A stretch of 64,000 bases of DNA from Camelus ferus (taxonomy: Eukaryota): positions 57,910,001-57,974,000 of the forward strand of contig NC_045696.1 of NCBI RefSeq assembly GCF_009834535.1, read 5' to 3'. This document shows, in pieces, positions 40,131 through 52,997 of the stretch (positions within the stretch are counted from its first letter, which is position 1; each line of letters starts with the position of its first letter). Below the pieces are notes generated by a model. That model was not told the DNA's origin. It was given only the letters and a program-made list of their open reading frames with translations, and searched no databases. A program made the position numbers and the translations under genes.

Positions 40131-43121
40131 CCTTCTGCTTGTCTTCTTTTTCCTAGCTACAAACTCCCATTCTGTTCCCAAGCAGCCTTGTTGGTCAGAG
40201 AGTACAGAGACTCATGGACAACTCAGCACATATCCCTCCTCATGCTGGAAAATCAATCATGATGAGTAAGCAGACTTATCTTTGTATATGAAGGGCAGCA
40301 TTATTCTTGCTATGTGAAGTAGATTATCCCTATTATCCACATTCTGGATTATTGCCTGCTTTCAGGAACTGTCCCAATTAGTCTACTACACTAGATCAGA
40401 ACCATTTTATCACTTACATCTGTCTTGTAGGGTTATATCATCTTTAAAAACAAACAAAAAAACTGTATGTTCCATCAGTCTTCATTCTTGCCCTTTCACT
40501 GCAAGGCCTCAAAATTTTTTACCAGGGTCCTATCTGGCCCCTTGCTGGCCTGGGGCCACCTCCTGCTTACTACAGCAAGAATAGAGTGAAATCAGCCTTA
40601 ATCGGCTAATTTAATTGTTTACCATTTCCAATGTTTTCTTCCATTATTATGGCTAAATTCAGAATACCTTGCAAAGTACATAAATCTTAAAGAGAGTAAT
40701 GGAGAATTATCTTTATCACTGTCAGTCATCTTTACTTACATGGCCAAAAGTCTTAATTGATTTTATACAAAGTATTCATACGTACGTCTAGAAACAATCT
40801 GACAGACTCAAAAATACAAAATCATAAATCATCAAGGCTTTATCATCTAATTCAACAAATATTATCCTAAAATACTGGAAATAAAAATAATATATAATCC
40901 CTATTCTGAAATGAGGGAAAAGGTAAAAGAATCAAGAGAAAGAAAGAACAACAACAAATAGTCCAGGAAACAACTGAGAGCAATTCCAGACTATTTGACA
41001 TAACAAATAACATAGTTGAGGCTAATAAAAATTATAAAAATTACCAACACTGAACACAGCTCTGAACCTCCTCACAGCCAAAGCATAAAGAGAAATAGGA
41101 TGGCTTACAAAACACAAACGATCTAATAAAAGCAGTCATTTGTTTAAAACCCAAAGAAAGAAAAGACAAAAATGTATTACGGGGGTCTTAAAAAGAATTT
41201 TTCTCTAAGGTTTCTATTTTATAAGGATCAATAAATAAATAATGTTCCAATACTAGATAAAAATCAAAGTGCAAAATATTAATTCATAGTTCTGTGAAGA
41301 AACTTCTACAAGGACCTAAAGTAACATAATGTAAATATTCTGACTTCAGATGAGGCATTAATTTTTATCACTTAGTTTATTCTAGGTTTTTATAAATATA
41401 TGTTTTGTTTCCCCACTAGACTGTAAACTCCTGGAGGTTTCTGTTGTCTGAGTCCATCTGAACTTCCTTTGCTATTTACTATAGTTTTTGCTCAATTGTA
41501 ATGACTGATAAAATGTCATGCAGTCAATATTTAGTCATTATTTGTCAGTCTTCCCCTCTACACTATAAATTCCATGAGGACAGGAACAGTGTCTTGATCA
41601 CATTTACATCCCCAGTCTCACATACTCCATGAACACTCCAAGAATTCGCTGAATTAATGGACCAAATAAAGAAAACACAACAAAGAAATATGAAAGGAAA
41701 GAAGAAATAATTTCTAAAATGGCAGTGATTTTGGTTCTAAGGCTGGTTCCAACAAGAGCTGGATGACCTTAAGTTACTTAACTTCTCTAACCTTCAAAGC
41801 TTTAATCTGTAGAAAGGAAAAAATTACATCTTCAGAGTTAAATATTAAATGCTTTAATACACTAAAAGCATTTAGCAAAATACCTGTAAAGGAGCTCAAT
41901 AAATGTTACTTCCTTTAGGTTCTCTCATATCCTCCACCTTAAATCAGGTATTACACATTAAAGTGCCTTCCAAGAATAGATTATTTCAGCAAAAGTACAA
42001 TAGAGTTTATTCTCACTTTCCTTTGAAAAGTTAAAATTTCATCTCTTCAATCTTTACAATGGAAAGAGAAGCGATTGTGAATTACTTTCAAAATATTTCA
42101 AATGCAAGAAGAAGAAAAAAAAAGTCATGAATGAGTTTTGAAGCAACAAGAGGGGGAGGAATCACCTACAAGCCTGTAAACAAACAGGGGTTCTGAAGGA
42201 AGTGTTTATTAAAGGAAAAAAGGACTGAAAAAGTTAGAAATATTATTTAATAGGATGTTTTAGAAAAAAATACTTCCAAACTGTTTATTCTAATCTTAAA
42301 GTTTAAAAATCAATTCTTTTGAAGTCGTTCACTCAAAAGTGGAACATTAAATACTTCCATTCAAACCTAAAACATTCCTTCATGACGACTTCCGTGACTC
42401 CAGTCATCCTTGTTTTCCCCTCCCCTTTAGAGCTTAATCTAATACTTCGCCGCTTCCCTCGCATCACCACTGACACACGCTATGTGCAGACGAAGTTCTG
42501 TCATTCCTATAATTACCACACCCCTGTCAGCCTCTTCAGGCCCATGTTATGACATCTGTAAACTGCAGTCGTCCGTCTCCACCCCCGCCCCCCGCCACCT
42601 CCCCACCTCCCTCCAAACCACCGGCTCCGGCTGGAGCAGTAACTTGTGAATTCCCGAGACGGTCCCTTCTTGCCCGGGTTAGGATCTTTACACGTCGCCC
42701 CCTGCTCTCTCCAGCCTCAGTCACAGCACTCTGCGCGGCCCACCCCCGCCCCCCGCGCGCTCGCGCCTGGCCGCGGCGCTGGCTCCGCGCTCCCAGCTCT
42801 CCGCCCCGCTGCCTCGGCGCCCCGCAGTCCCCGGCGCCGCTTCCAGCCCCGCCGCCGCCCCGCCCCGCCCCGGCCGCCGTTCCCGATGGCGAGCACACCA
42901 GCGCTCCCCGCCCCCACCCTCCCTTAGGCTGGCCGCGCGGCCGTTAGGACAGCCGGGCCGGTGACGCACGGAGGCGCCGCGAGCGCCCAGGCCCAGGAAC
43001 CAGAGCTCGAGCACAGACGGCGCCCGCCCTCGCCGCGGGCCTCTCCCGGGTCCCGCTGAGGACTGCCGGATCCGCCAGCGGGAGGGGGAGGGGCTGGGGG
43101 CCGCCGGGGCCCCGCACTTAC

Positions 43122-43290
43122 CAGGCTTAAGGCAACCGATCCCGGTGCCACTGCTGGGGTAAGCCGCTGACTCGCTCGCTCGCCCGCCGTGCCTCTGCCG
43201 CACACAACCTCGAAGAGCGGACTCGCGCCTCGGCGGTGATCACCAGGCCTCGCTCTCGACCGCCGCGCACCCAGCACAGCGAGACCTAGC
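43122..43290 (-). other. KPNA1: KPNA1 exon 1 (non-coding 5' UTR); upstream boundary (TSS) approximate
   Basis: Lies in the CpG island. Consensus donor CTG|GTAAGT at 43121-43116. No ATG in the exon. Directly downstream of NRF1-like and ZNF143-like motifs. Confidence 0.75.
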
Positions 43291-43307
43291 TCAGCCGGCG
43301 TTCGCAA

Positions 43308-43346
43308 TGCGCCTGCGCGCGGGGGCTGGACCGCGCGCCTGCGCGC
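43308..43346. promoter_or_regulatory. Two NRF1-like sites
   Basis: GCGCCTGCGCGC occurs twice (43309-43320, 43335-43346), resembling the NRF1 consensus TGCGCATGCGCA. Confidence 0.6.
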
Positions 43347-43370
43347 ACCCTCCACCGCCCTGCTGCAGAG

Positions 43371-43388
43371 GCTGCTGGGAGATGTAGT
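43371..43388 (-). promoter_or_regulatory. ZNF143/THAP11 ACTACA-SBS composite motif
   Basis: Minus strand reads ACTACATCTCCCAGCAGC, matching the ACTACAnnTCCCA promoter motif. Confidence 0.75.
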
Positions 43389-44959
43389 ATTCCAACCGTC
43401 TTTCTCTGGAAACGCTAACGGTTAGCCCGGAACCAGTGGAGAGTCCGGGGTCAGGGAGAAGGTCTGATTGAGGAGGTTCACAGAGGCAGAGGTTAGAGAG
43501 TCACGCTGGAGTGACAGGGAAACGGTACTTATTAGGTTGAGATGCAAAGTTATGCCTACAAACTTGTCTTCGAAGCTCTTCCAGGGCCAATGGATCCTCG
43601 CTCACCTCTGTGTATTTCTTGCCTCTCACAGTGTTGTTACCTAATACAGGTTAACTGAATGAATAATGTAAGGAATGAAGGCTAAGGGATTATTACAAAA
43701 GTGTTAGAAGTCAGCGCCTCATGACTAAGGCATTCACATGCAGCACGTTTGAGGAAGCTTCTGAGGTATTTATTTATTTAGTTCTCTCCCATCTTGTTTA
43801 CCTGATAATGTATGGTCAGTATCAAAAACCTTTAAGAAATTAAATGAAACACAAATAGTTGCTTTACGCTCAATAAATGGTCTTAAACGAAAATTTGGGA
43901 TAAATAATTGTTACTGTTAAATTTGATGCAATTGGGTGGGTGGGTGGGGATTCTTTGTGAGCAGTGGCTTCAAAAGAAAGACTGAAGTCAGCCAAGCAGA
44001 GGTCACAGAAAAAGTCTCACATATGACATAGTTTATCAAATCAAACTAAAACACCCATGGAGAAGCAAGGTGAAAGAGATGGGGTAGCTCTATAACACAA
44101 GAGTAGAAGAGAGGACCACACTGAATCCTAGGCTATACAAAGCTCATTCGCCCTAGATCTTTTTCTGCTGTATCAGTGTTCCACACTGAAGGCGTGTTTT
44201 CTAGGATGAGTTGAATTTGTGCAAGCGGGCTGAGGAAAGAGAATGTGTTCTAAGGAAGAGACTTAGAGGCAAGTATTCCTGCCCACAGCTAAGCTGAGGG
44301 CAAATCACTTTATTCCAATCAGGATCTGATATTAACAGCTGGACTTAAGTGTTTGTGAAAACTAGTTTCCTTACAGTTCACCCTTACTTTTAGTTAGGGT
44401 ATTCCTTGAGGGTCTTGACCAAAAGTCTGGGGCATTTACTAGGGCCTCTCTTTCCTTGACCCAGCCTCCTCAGCCCCATGAGATAGCCAAAAGCTCTACT
44501 CAGTTTTTAAGCCATTGCTTTTATAATTTGCACTCACCTTAGGTGAAAAAGTAACGGCAAACACCAGGCTCACTTCTCAATCTTCTCTTTCTCTTCTTCC
44601 AAATCTTGGACCCACAAATTCTCACTGCCATGGTACTCTTCAATGCCTTAATGTGTTTTTATGTTTTGTTCAGTTGTTCTCAGTGGTGGGAGGACTTGTT
44701 CAAGACAATAACAGTAGGCCATTGCTGAAGCAGAATTCTTATATATACGTTACTTTCACAAAAATGTTATGTGATACATGATATTTCATTAGTTAATGTC
44801 TCTCTGACTATATCTTTTTGTATTTAAAAGTTTTAAAGTTTAATTTATAGAACAATAGTTTTGCTATTACAAACAATGCTATTAACATTCTTCTACATAT
44901 CTCTGTGTGTGCAAGGAAACTGTTAGATTCTAGGGCAGTGCATCTTTAACTTTAGTCGG

Positions 44960-45535
44960 TGTGGCAGAATTCTGAGAGGGTCCTCATGATACTTTCCCTC
45001 TCATGTTGCCCTGTATAATCACTACCCTTCAAGTGTGAGTAGGACCCTTGACTTATTTCTGGCCAATAGAATACAGCAAAGATGATTACATTTTATTATA
45101 TATCTCTATCTAAGTCTCTATCTTAAAGACTGGAGCTAGACACTCTTCTGCTGGCTTTTAAGAAGTGAGCTTTCACGTTATGAACTGCCTATGGAGAGCG
45201 CCACATGACAGGGAACTGTGGTTGGTTTCTAGGACCACAGTACAGCCTCCATCCGACAGCCAGTAAGAAGCCGGGGCTCTCAGCCCTACAACCACAAGAA
45301 AATGAATTCCACTAACAACCTGAGAAAGCTTAGAAGTGGATTCTTCCCCAGTCAGGCCTCCAGATAAGAAGACGACCTGACTTACATGTTGATTGCAGCT
45401 TTGTGAGACCCTGAGCAGAAGAATCAGCTAAACTGTGCCTGTACTCCTGGCCCATAGACACTGTGGGATAATAAATGTGTTTTAAGCCACTAGGTTTCTG
45501 GTAATTTGTTACACAGTGATAGAAAACTAATATAC
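44960..45535 (+). mobile_element. MLT1-type MaLR LTR inside an old L1
   Basis: tgtggcagaattc...gccagtaagaagccggggctctcagccctacaaccacaag...gtaatttgttacacagtgatagaaaactaatat. Confidence 0.8.
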
Positions 45536-45834
45536 CACATATTGCTGGATGATTTCCCAGGGTGGTTATGCCAATTTGTATTCCACAAGCAGTGTATAAG
45601 ATTCTCTCTTCCAAACATCCTCGCTAACATTTGGAAATGTCTGGCTTTTTTAATTTTTGCCAAACAGATGGGGGTGAAAATATATAATAATTATATACAT
45701 GTATTAACATAAAAACATGAAAAATAAGTTTTTACTTGCAGTTATATATTGTTGTATTTTTTCTGTTGCATAAGTGCTATTACTTAAAATAACAAGACTC
45801 ATTAAAAGTGGCAACTAGTCTTTTTAGATTTCAT

Positions 45835-48628
45835 GTTAAGATGGTGGAGTCGTCGGACCACAAGCTGGCCTCTTGCGACTACAACAAAACCACAACTAAC
45901 TGCTAAATAGCCATCGGTTAAAAAGACTGGAACCTAGCAAGAAAGATCCTCCTCAACTGGAAACATAAAGAGGGAACCACAGCGAGACAGTAGGAGGGGC
46001 GTGCTTGTGATATACCCTCTGGGGTGGGGGGATTGACCCACAAGTTGAAGAATAAGTTGCAGAGGCCCTCCTACAGGAGTGAGAGTTCTGAGCCTCATGT
46101 GAGGCTCCCCAGCCCAGGGCTCCAGCATTGGGAGGTGGAGACTCCAGAACATATAATTTTAAAGGCCAGTGGGGCTTAACTCCAGGAGCCCCATGGGACT
46201 GGGAGTAACCAAGACTTCACTCTCTGGGGAAGCACACATAATTTCGCACATGCAGGGTTCAAGGGCAGAGGCAGTGACTTCATAGGAACCTGGGCCAGAC
46301 CTGCCTGCTGGTTTTGGAAGGTCTCCTGGGGAGGTAGGGGTGGCTGTGGCTCACCCTGGGGACATGAAAGGTTATGGTGGACATTCAGGGAGTGTTCATC
46401 TACTTTCCTGGAGGCCAATATCTTGCTTAGGTCTTTAGAACCAAGACCTAGCCCCACCCAATAGCCTGTAGGCTTAAGTGCTGGAAAACCTCAGGCCAAA
46501 CAACATACTGGGTGGGAACACAGCCCCACCCATCATCAGACTTCCTGAGCCCTCAACCACCTCTAGACACACCCCAAGACCTGGCTTTACTCACCAGAGG
46601 GCCAGGACCAAGTTCCACCAAGCAGTGGACAGGCACTGACTCCTGCCAGGAAACCTGCATAAGCCTCTAGTCCAGCCTCATTCACCAGGGGGCAGATACC
46701 AGAAATAAGAAAACAATCCCAAAGCTTGTGGAAGGAATCCACAAATGCAGGCCAGACTCTACACTGGGACCAGCTGGACCCTGGCCCTTGGGTGACAAGA
46801 GAGGAGTGTACTGCTGGGACACATAGGACATCCTCCCACAGAAGGACCACTTCTCCAAACCTAAAAATACAAATAAAGTTAGACAATATGAGGCAGCAGA
46901 GAAATATCTTCCAGGCCAAGGCACAAGATAAAATCCTAGAAGAAGAAATAAGTGATGAGGAGATGGGCAATCTATCCAAGAAAGAGTTTACAATAATGAT
47001 GGTGAAGATATCCAGAGAACTCAGGAGGAGTATAGACACATGGAGGGAAGTTTTTAGCAAAAGAGTTAGAAAATATAAAGAATATCCAGAGTTGAAGAAT
47101 AAAATTACTGAAATGAATAACAGACTAGAAGGAACCAAGAATAGACTCACTGAGGCAGAACAACAGATCAGTGAGCAGATTAGTGGATATCACTACTGCA
47201 GAACAGAAAAAAGAATGAAAAGAAATTAGGATAGTTTAAGAGAACTCTGGGACAACATGAAGTGTATTAATATTCACATTATAGGGGTCCTAGAAAGAGA
47301 GAGAGAAAGGACCTGAGAAAATATTCAAATAGATAATAGCCAAAAATTTCCCCAATTTGGGAAAGGAAACAGTCACCCAAGTCCAGGAAGTGCAGAGAGT
47401 TCCACACAACCCAAAGAGGGTTAACCCAAAGAGGAACATACCAAGGCACATAGTAATCAGATTGAAAAAAATTAAGGATAAGGAGAAAATACTAAAATCA
47501 GCAAGAGAAAAACAGCAAATAAGATACAAGGGAACTTCCATAAGGTTATATCAGCTTATTTTCAGGAGAAACTCTACAGGCCAGAAGGGAATGGCACCGT
47601 ATATTTAAAGTGATGAAAGGGGAAAAACTTATAACCAAGAATACTCTATCCAGCAAGGCTCTTGTTCAGATTTGATGGAGAGATCAAAAGCTTCACAGAT
47701 AAACAAAAGCTAAAAGAATTTAGCACCACCAGAAAAGCTTTACAAAAAATGTTAAGGGAACTTCTCAAACAACAGGTTCATACTGTATAGCACAGGGAAC
47801 TATATTCAGTATCTTGAGGTAACATATGGTGAAAAAGAATATGAAAATAAATATATGTATGTTCCTATATGACTGAAGCGTTGTGCTGTACCCCAGAAAT
47901 TGACACAACATTGTAAACTGACTATACTTTAGTAAAAATATATATTAAAATAAAAGGAACTTCTCTAGGTAAAAAAAAGAAAGGCCACAACTAGAAATAA
48001 GAAAAGTAATCATAGGGGGAGGAGGGTACAAATAGAGGGTATCTAAAGTGCATTTGAAATTAAAAGATCAGCAACTTAAAACAATCATATATACATATAG
48101 ACTTCCATACCAAAACCTCATGATAATCATGAACCAATGTAACTCTACAGTCATCAAATCATAAGAAAAGAAAACAAAAAGAAGAAAGAGAAAAAAAAGA
48201 CCCACAAAACAAACCCAAAACAATTAACAAAATGGCAATAAGAACATATGTATCAATAATTACCTTAAATGTAAATGGATTAAACACTCCAACCAAAAGT
48301 AATAGACTGGCTGAATGGATACAAAAATAAGACCCATATATGTGCTGTCTAAAGAGACCCATTTTAGAGCTAGAGACACATACAGGCTGAAAGTAAGGGG
48401 ATGGAAAAAAATATTCTATGCAAATGGAAATCAAAAGAAAGCTGAAGTAGCAATACTGACAACAGACAAAATAGATTTAAAATAAAGACTGTTACAAGAG
48501 ACAAGATCACTGTGTAATGCTCAAGAGATCAATCCAAGAAGATAGAACAATTGTAAATATTTATGCACCCAAGGAGCACTTCAACATATAAGGCAATTGT
48601 TAACAGACATAAAAGGAGAAATCGACAA
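45835..48628 (+). mobile_element. L1 5' portion: 5' UTR, degenerate ORF1 (about 46888-47766) and ORF2 endonuclease start (from 48232); 3'-truncated
   Basis: aagatggtggag 5' (YY1-like) motif. ORF1 peptides in 46726..47229 and 47357..47608 (PRHIVIRLKKIKDKEKILKSAREK). ORF2 start MAIRTYVSIITLNVNGLNTPTK. Confidence 0.9.
47767..47955 (+). mobile_element. L1 3' end nested at the end of ORF1 of the larger L1
   Basis: TSD ggaacttctc at 47757-47766 and 47956-47965, L1 3' terminus with A-rich tail. Confidence 0.8.
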
Positions 48629-48999
48629 GCATCAAATAGCAGTTTTGACTTGAACATGGAAACTTGAATCAGAAATCAATTGTATTCTTTATTACATAAA
48701 ATTTGATTTTTAAACGGTACTTAGTTTCTAACTGTAAATATTTGCTGAAAATATCTTAATGTACCATAAAAATATTGACATCGTTAAAACCTGCAATGTG
48801 AAAAGATGCAGAATTTTTTTAGTATATTTATACCATTTATATATATAATATATAAACGAGAGATATATGTCTCAACTATACATATACAAGTGTATTTTTA
48901 TATGTATTCAATACATACATATTTGAGATACATATGTATATTCAAGATATAAATGTGTGTATATATATATATACATATACATATAAGATACATATATTC

Positions 49000-51495
49000 T
49001 CAAGTTTCCATATTGGCCCAGGTCTGTTTTGGAGCTTTCTATTCTACTCAGTTGGTTTGTTAGTCTATCCCTACACAAGTAACACATCTTAATTACTGTA
49101 GTTCTATAATAACTCATAATATATTGTAGGTCAAGTCACCTCCACTTCATTTTACATCTCTAAAATTGCCGTGGCTCTTCTTGGATCTTTTTGCTTAATA
49201 TAAATTTTGTAACAACTACATCTGTTTCTATGAAGAAAATTTCTTATGATTTTGATTGAAATTGTATTGAATTGATAAGATTAATTTTTGGAGAATAGAC
49301 ATCTCTATTATATAGAGTCTTCTCAATAAGGATATAGTATATCTCTCCATTTATTTAGGTCTTCTTAAATGCCTTTCAGTGATGTTTTGTAATTTTTAAT
49401 GAAGTTTTTATACATCTTTTGTTAAATTTAATTTTAGTTATCTTATTTTTTGCTGTTGCTATTGTGAAGGTAAAAAAAGCCTTTATGTTCAGTTTCTCAT
49501 GCATAGAAATGAAATTTGATTTATATATAATTTCTACTTAAAACCTTGCAAAATGCTTTTATTCTAATAATCTGTCTCCAGATTTTCTTGGATTTTTACA
49601 GACAATCCTATTTCCTGTAATTTAAAACATTTTTGTTTCTCCATTTTTAGTTTGTTTGTTCTTTACTGTGTTTGAATTCACTACTGAAGATAAGTGGTAA
49701 TAGGAAGCATCCATTGTCTCATCCCTGATTTTGTAGGGAATCGCTCTAATGTCTTACCAAGAAATATGATGCTTGCCCTAGGGTTCTGGTAGGTATTCTT
49801 TTATGAATTGTTTATCATGTGATTTTCTCTATATATTGAAATGAGCTACACTTTAATGTATTTACATGGTGAGTTATATTAATAGATATTCTGAAGTGAA
49901 ACTATTTTTACATTTCTGAGATAAACCCAACTCGACTATGATGTATTTATATAGAGCTGAATTATATCTATTAATATTTTATTAGGATTTGAGTGTCTAT
50001 TTACAAAAATAACTCAGTCTACATTTTTCCTAATTTACACTCTTTTATACTTTTGGTATCAAGGTTACCAAACTAACTCTGAAAAAATCTGTTGAGGAGT
50101 ATTCCCTCTATTTCTGTTTTCCAGAAGAGTTTACGCTTATAATTCCAGAAGACTGAAATTATCCGTTCTTTGAAGATTTGGTAGAACTCACTCGTAAAAT
50201 CATCTTAGCTTGTTGTATTTATTTGTTTACTTCGTAGGCAAATTTTTAATTACTAATTCACCTTATTGAATAGATATTAGAAAATTCAAGATTTCCTAGT
50301 TCTTCAGTCAATTTTGGTAAGTTATTTTTCCTAAGCAAATCAACATTTTTGTCTAAATTTTCAATTTATTAGCATAAAATTATTTCTACTATTATCTTAT
50401 CTTTAGATCTCTAATCTAAAAGGATCTTAAACATCCTCCTTTGATTCCTAAGATTCTTTATTTGTACCTTTTCTTTTTTCTTCAGCAGTCATATCAAAGA
50501 TTTCTCTATTTTTAAAATTTTTGCAGACAAGCAGCTATTGATTACTTCTCTCTGATGTATGTTTTATTTCTATTTAATTATTTTCTGTTTTCATTCTTAA
50601 ATTCTAATTTTCTTTTACCTTAAGTTAGATGCTTAGCTGATTAACTTCTGCCTTTATTTTTTTCTTAATACAAGCTTTAAGGTTTTATTATTAAAGAACT
50701 ATTTTAGCTTTTGGTCAAAATGTATTAGTGATATTTTCATTATACAGTTCTAAATATTTTCTAATTTCTGTTATACTTTCATGATCTATGAGGTATTATT
50801 TTGAAGTGTATATCTCATTTCCATATGTATTTATTTTTAAGCTTTTTTTTAATTGATTTCTAAGTTACTTATATGATGGATGATGGTCAGAAAACACAGT
50901 GCAATAGAGAATATCTTTAAAATTGTTGAACTTAGAATATGGTCAATAAATATAACTGTTCTATGTATACTTGAGAAGATTATGTATTCGAATATGGTCA
51001 ATAAATATAACTGTTCTATGTATACTTGAGAAGATTATGTATTATCTAAATGCTGGGTGGAGGGTTCTATACATGTACATTAGCTAAAAACTGTTATTCA
51101 AATTTTCTGCAGTCTTACTAGTTTGTGTCTTTTTTTTCTAACTGAAGGTCTACTATTTACTGAGAGAGCTGTGTTAAAACTCTTAAGAGAGTACATTTTG
51201 TCAATTTTACCTTTAATTCTGTCAGACTTTGCCTTACATAGTTTTAGATGTTATTAAATACATATAGGCTTATCATTATATCTATTCCTGGTTAATTGAA
51301 TCTTTTGTTATTATTGAGTAGTCATTTATCCCTAATAACATCCTTTAACTTAAGGTCTATTTTTGTCATTATTAATATAGCTACACCAGCTTTTTTGGGT
51401 GAGTGTTCATTAATTACATTTTTTCCATCTTTTAATTTTCAATCTCTTTGCATTTTAATGATTTTGTTATATCGTCTGTAAACAATATGTAGTTG
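49000..51495 (-). mobile_element. Old degenerate L1M ORF2 region
   Basis: T-rich antisense L1. ORF 48908..49117 begins YYRTTVIK..C..RDR, an ORF2 remnant. Confidence 0.7.
50935..51043 (+). repeat. Perfect tandem duplication (2 x 54 bp, period 55)
   Basis: 50935-50988 is identical to 50990-51043. Confidence 0.92.
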
Positions 51496-51499
51496 GATT

Positions 51500-52461
51500 T
51501 TTTTTCCAATTTTTTGTTTTAATTGAAATAATAGTTGATGTAAAATATTATGTTAGTTTCAGGAGTACTACATAGTGATTTGACATTACATACATTATGC
51601 AATGATCACCATAAGTCTAGTAACCATGTGTCCCTATACAAAGTTATTACAATATTATTGATCATATTCCTTATGCTGTTACATCCCTATGGCTTATTTA
51701 TTTTATAAGTAGAGGTTTATAACTCTTAATTCCCTTCACCTATTTTGCCCAACACCCACTCACCCCTGGCAACCACTCGATTGTTCTCTGAATCTGAGTC
51801 TATTTTTGTTTTGTTTGCTTGTTTGGTTGGTTTTTTTAGATTCCACATATAATTTCGTGTTTTTTTGTTCGTGTCTGTCTCATTTTGGTATCAGTGTGAG
51901 GCTGACCTTGTAGAATAAGTTCTGAAACATTCCTTCCTCTTAAATTTTTTGGAATAGTTTGAGAAGGATAAGTGTTAACTCTTCTTTAAATAATTGGTAG
52001 TAATGGCCAATAGGCATTTCATTCCATGATCGCAAATTATCAGAAAAAGGCAAGTCAAAACTACAGTGTGGTATCACCTCACACCAGTCAGAATGGCCAT
52101 CATTTAAAAGTCCACAAACAATAAATGCTGGTGAGGGTGTGGAGAAAAGGAAACCCTCTTACACTATTGGTGGGAATGTGGTTTGCTGCAACCATTATGG
52201 AAAACAGTATGGAAATTCATTAAAAAACTAAAAACAGACTTACCACATGATCCAGCTATCTCACTCCTGGGCATATATCCAGAGGAAACTAATTCGAAAA
52301 GATACTTGCACCTTGATGTTCATGGTAGCACTATTTACAATAGCCAACACATAGAAGCAACCTAATGTCCATTGACAGATGACTGGATAAAGAAGATGTG
52401 GTGTGTATACACAGACACACAGACACACACAGACACACACACACACACAGACAGACAGACA

Positions 52462-52511
<50 letters not shown>

Positions 52512-52997
52512 AATACTAGTCAGCCATAAAAAAGAATGAAATAATGTCATTTGTGCAACATGGGTGGACCTGGAGATTATCATACTAAGTGAAGTAAGCC
52601 AGAAAGAGAAACAAAAATACCATATGATATCACTTGTATGTGGAATTAAAAAAAGAAAAAGACAAAAATGAGCTTATTTACAAAACAGAGACAGACTCAC
52701 AGACATAGAAAACAAACTTATGGTTACTAAAGGGGAAAGGGGAGGGATAAATTAGGAGTCTAGGATTAACACATACACAATACTATATATAAAACAGATA
52801 CACAACAATGTCCTACTGTATAGCACAGGAAACTATAATCAATACTTCAATGGCCTATAATGAAAAAGAATATGAAGAGGAATATATACATACATGGCAC
52901 AAAACAAATCAATAAGTTTAAGAAGGTTGAAATCATATCAAGCACCTCGTCCAACTACAATGGTATGAGAGTAGAAATCAATTACAAGAGAAAAACT
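51500..52997. mobile_element. Mosaic of L1 fragments in both orientations
   Basis: Minus 3' UTR (about 51500-51850), minus mid-ORF2 (about 51870-52000), plus ORF2 end/3' UTR (about 52002-52890), plus endonuclease-end piece (about 52893-52997). Confidence 0.75.
52409..52506 (+). repeat. (CA)n/(CAGA)n microsatellite inside an L1 3' end
   Basis: Direct inspection. Confidence 0.95.

Larger units (their letters stand above)
42570..43450. promoter_or_regulatory. CpG island / KPNA1 promoter
   Basis: Abrupt GC- and CpG-rich block in an AT-rich background, multiple GC boxes (CCCCGCCCC), spans exon 1. Confidence 0.92.

Noticed and set aside
42536..43355. Several long overlapping ORFs (up to 160 aa) in the GC-rich block
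   Set aside because: Pro/Arg/Gly/Ala-rich frames on both strands are expected from stop-codon scarcity in a CpG island; no recognisable domain.
43402..43411. TTCTCTGGAA, an N4-spaced STAT-like site near the KPNA1 promoter
   Set aside because: A single short motif that is frequent by chance; no supporting evidence from sequence alone.
46587..47608. 187-aa, 167-aa and 83-aa ORFs
   Set aside because: Sense and antisense frames of decayed L1 ORF1, with stops and frameshifts; not an intact or domesticated gene.
52261..52583. CV-repeat ORFs
   Set aside because: Translation of the (TG)n microsatellite within L1.
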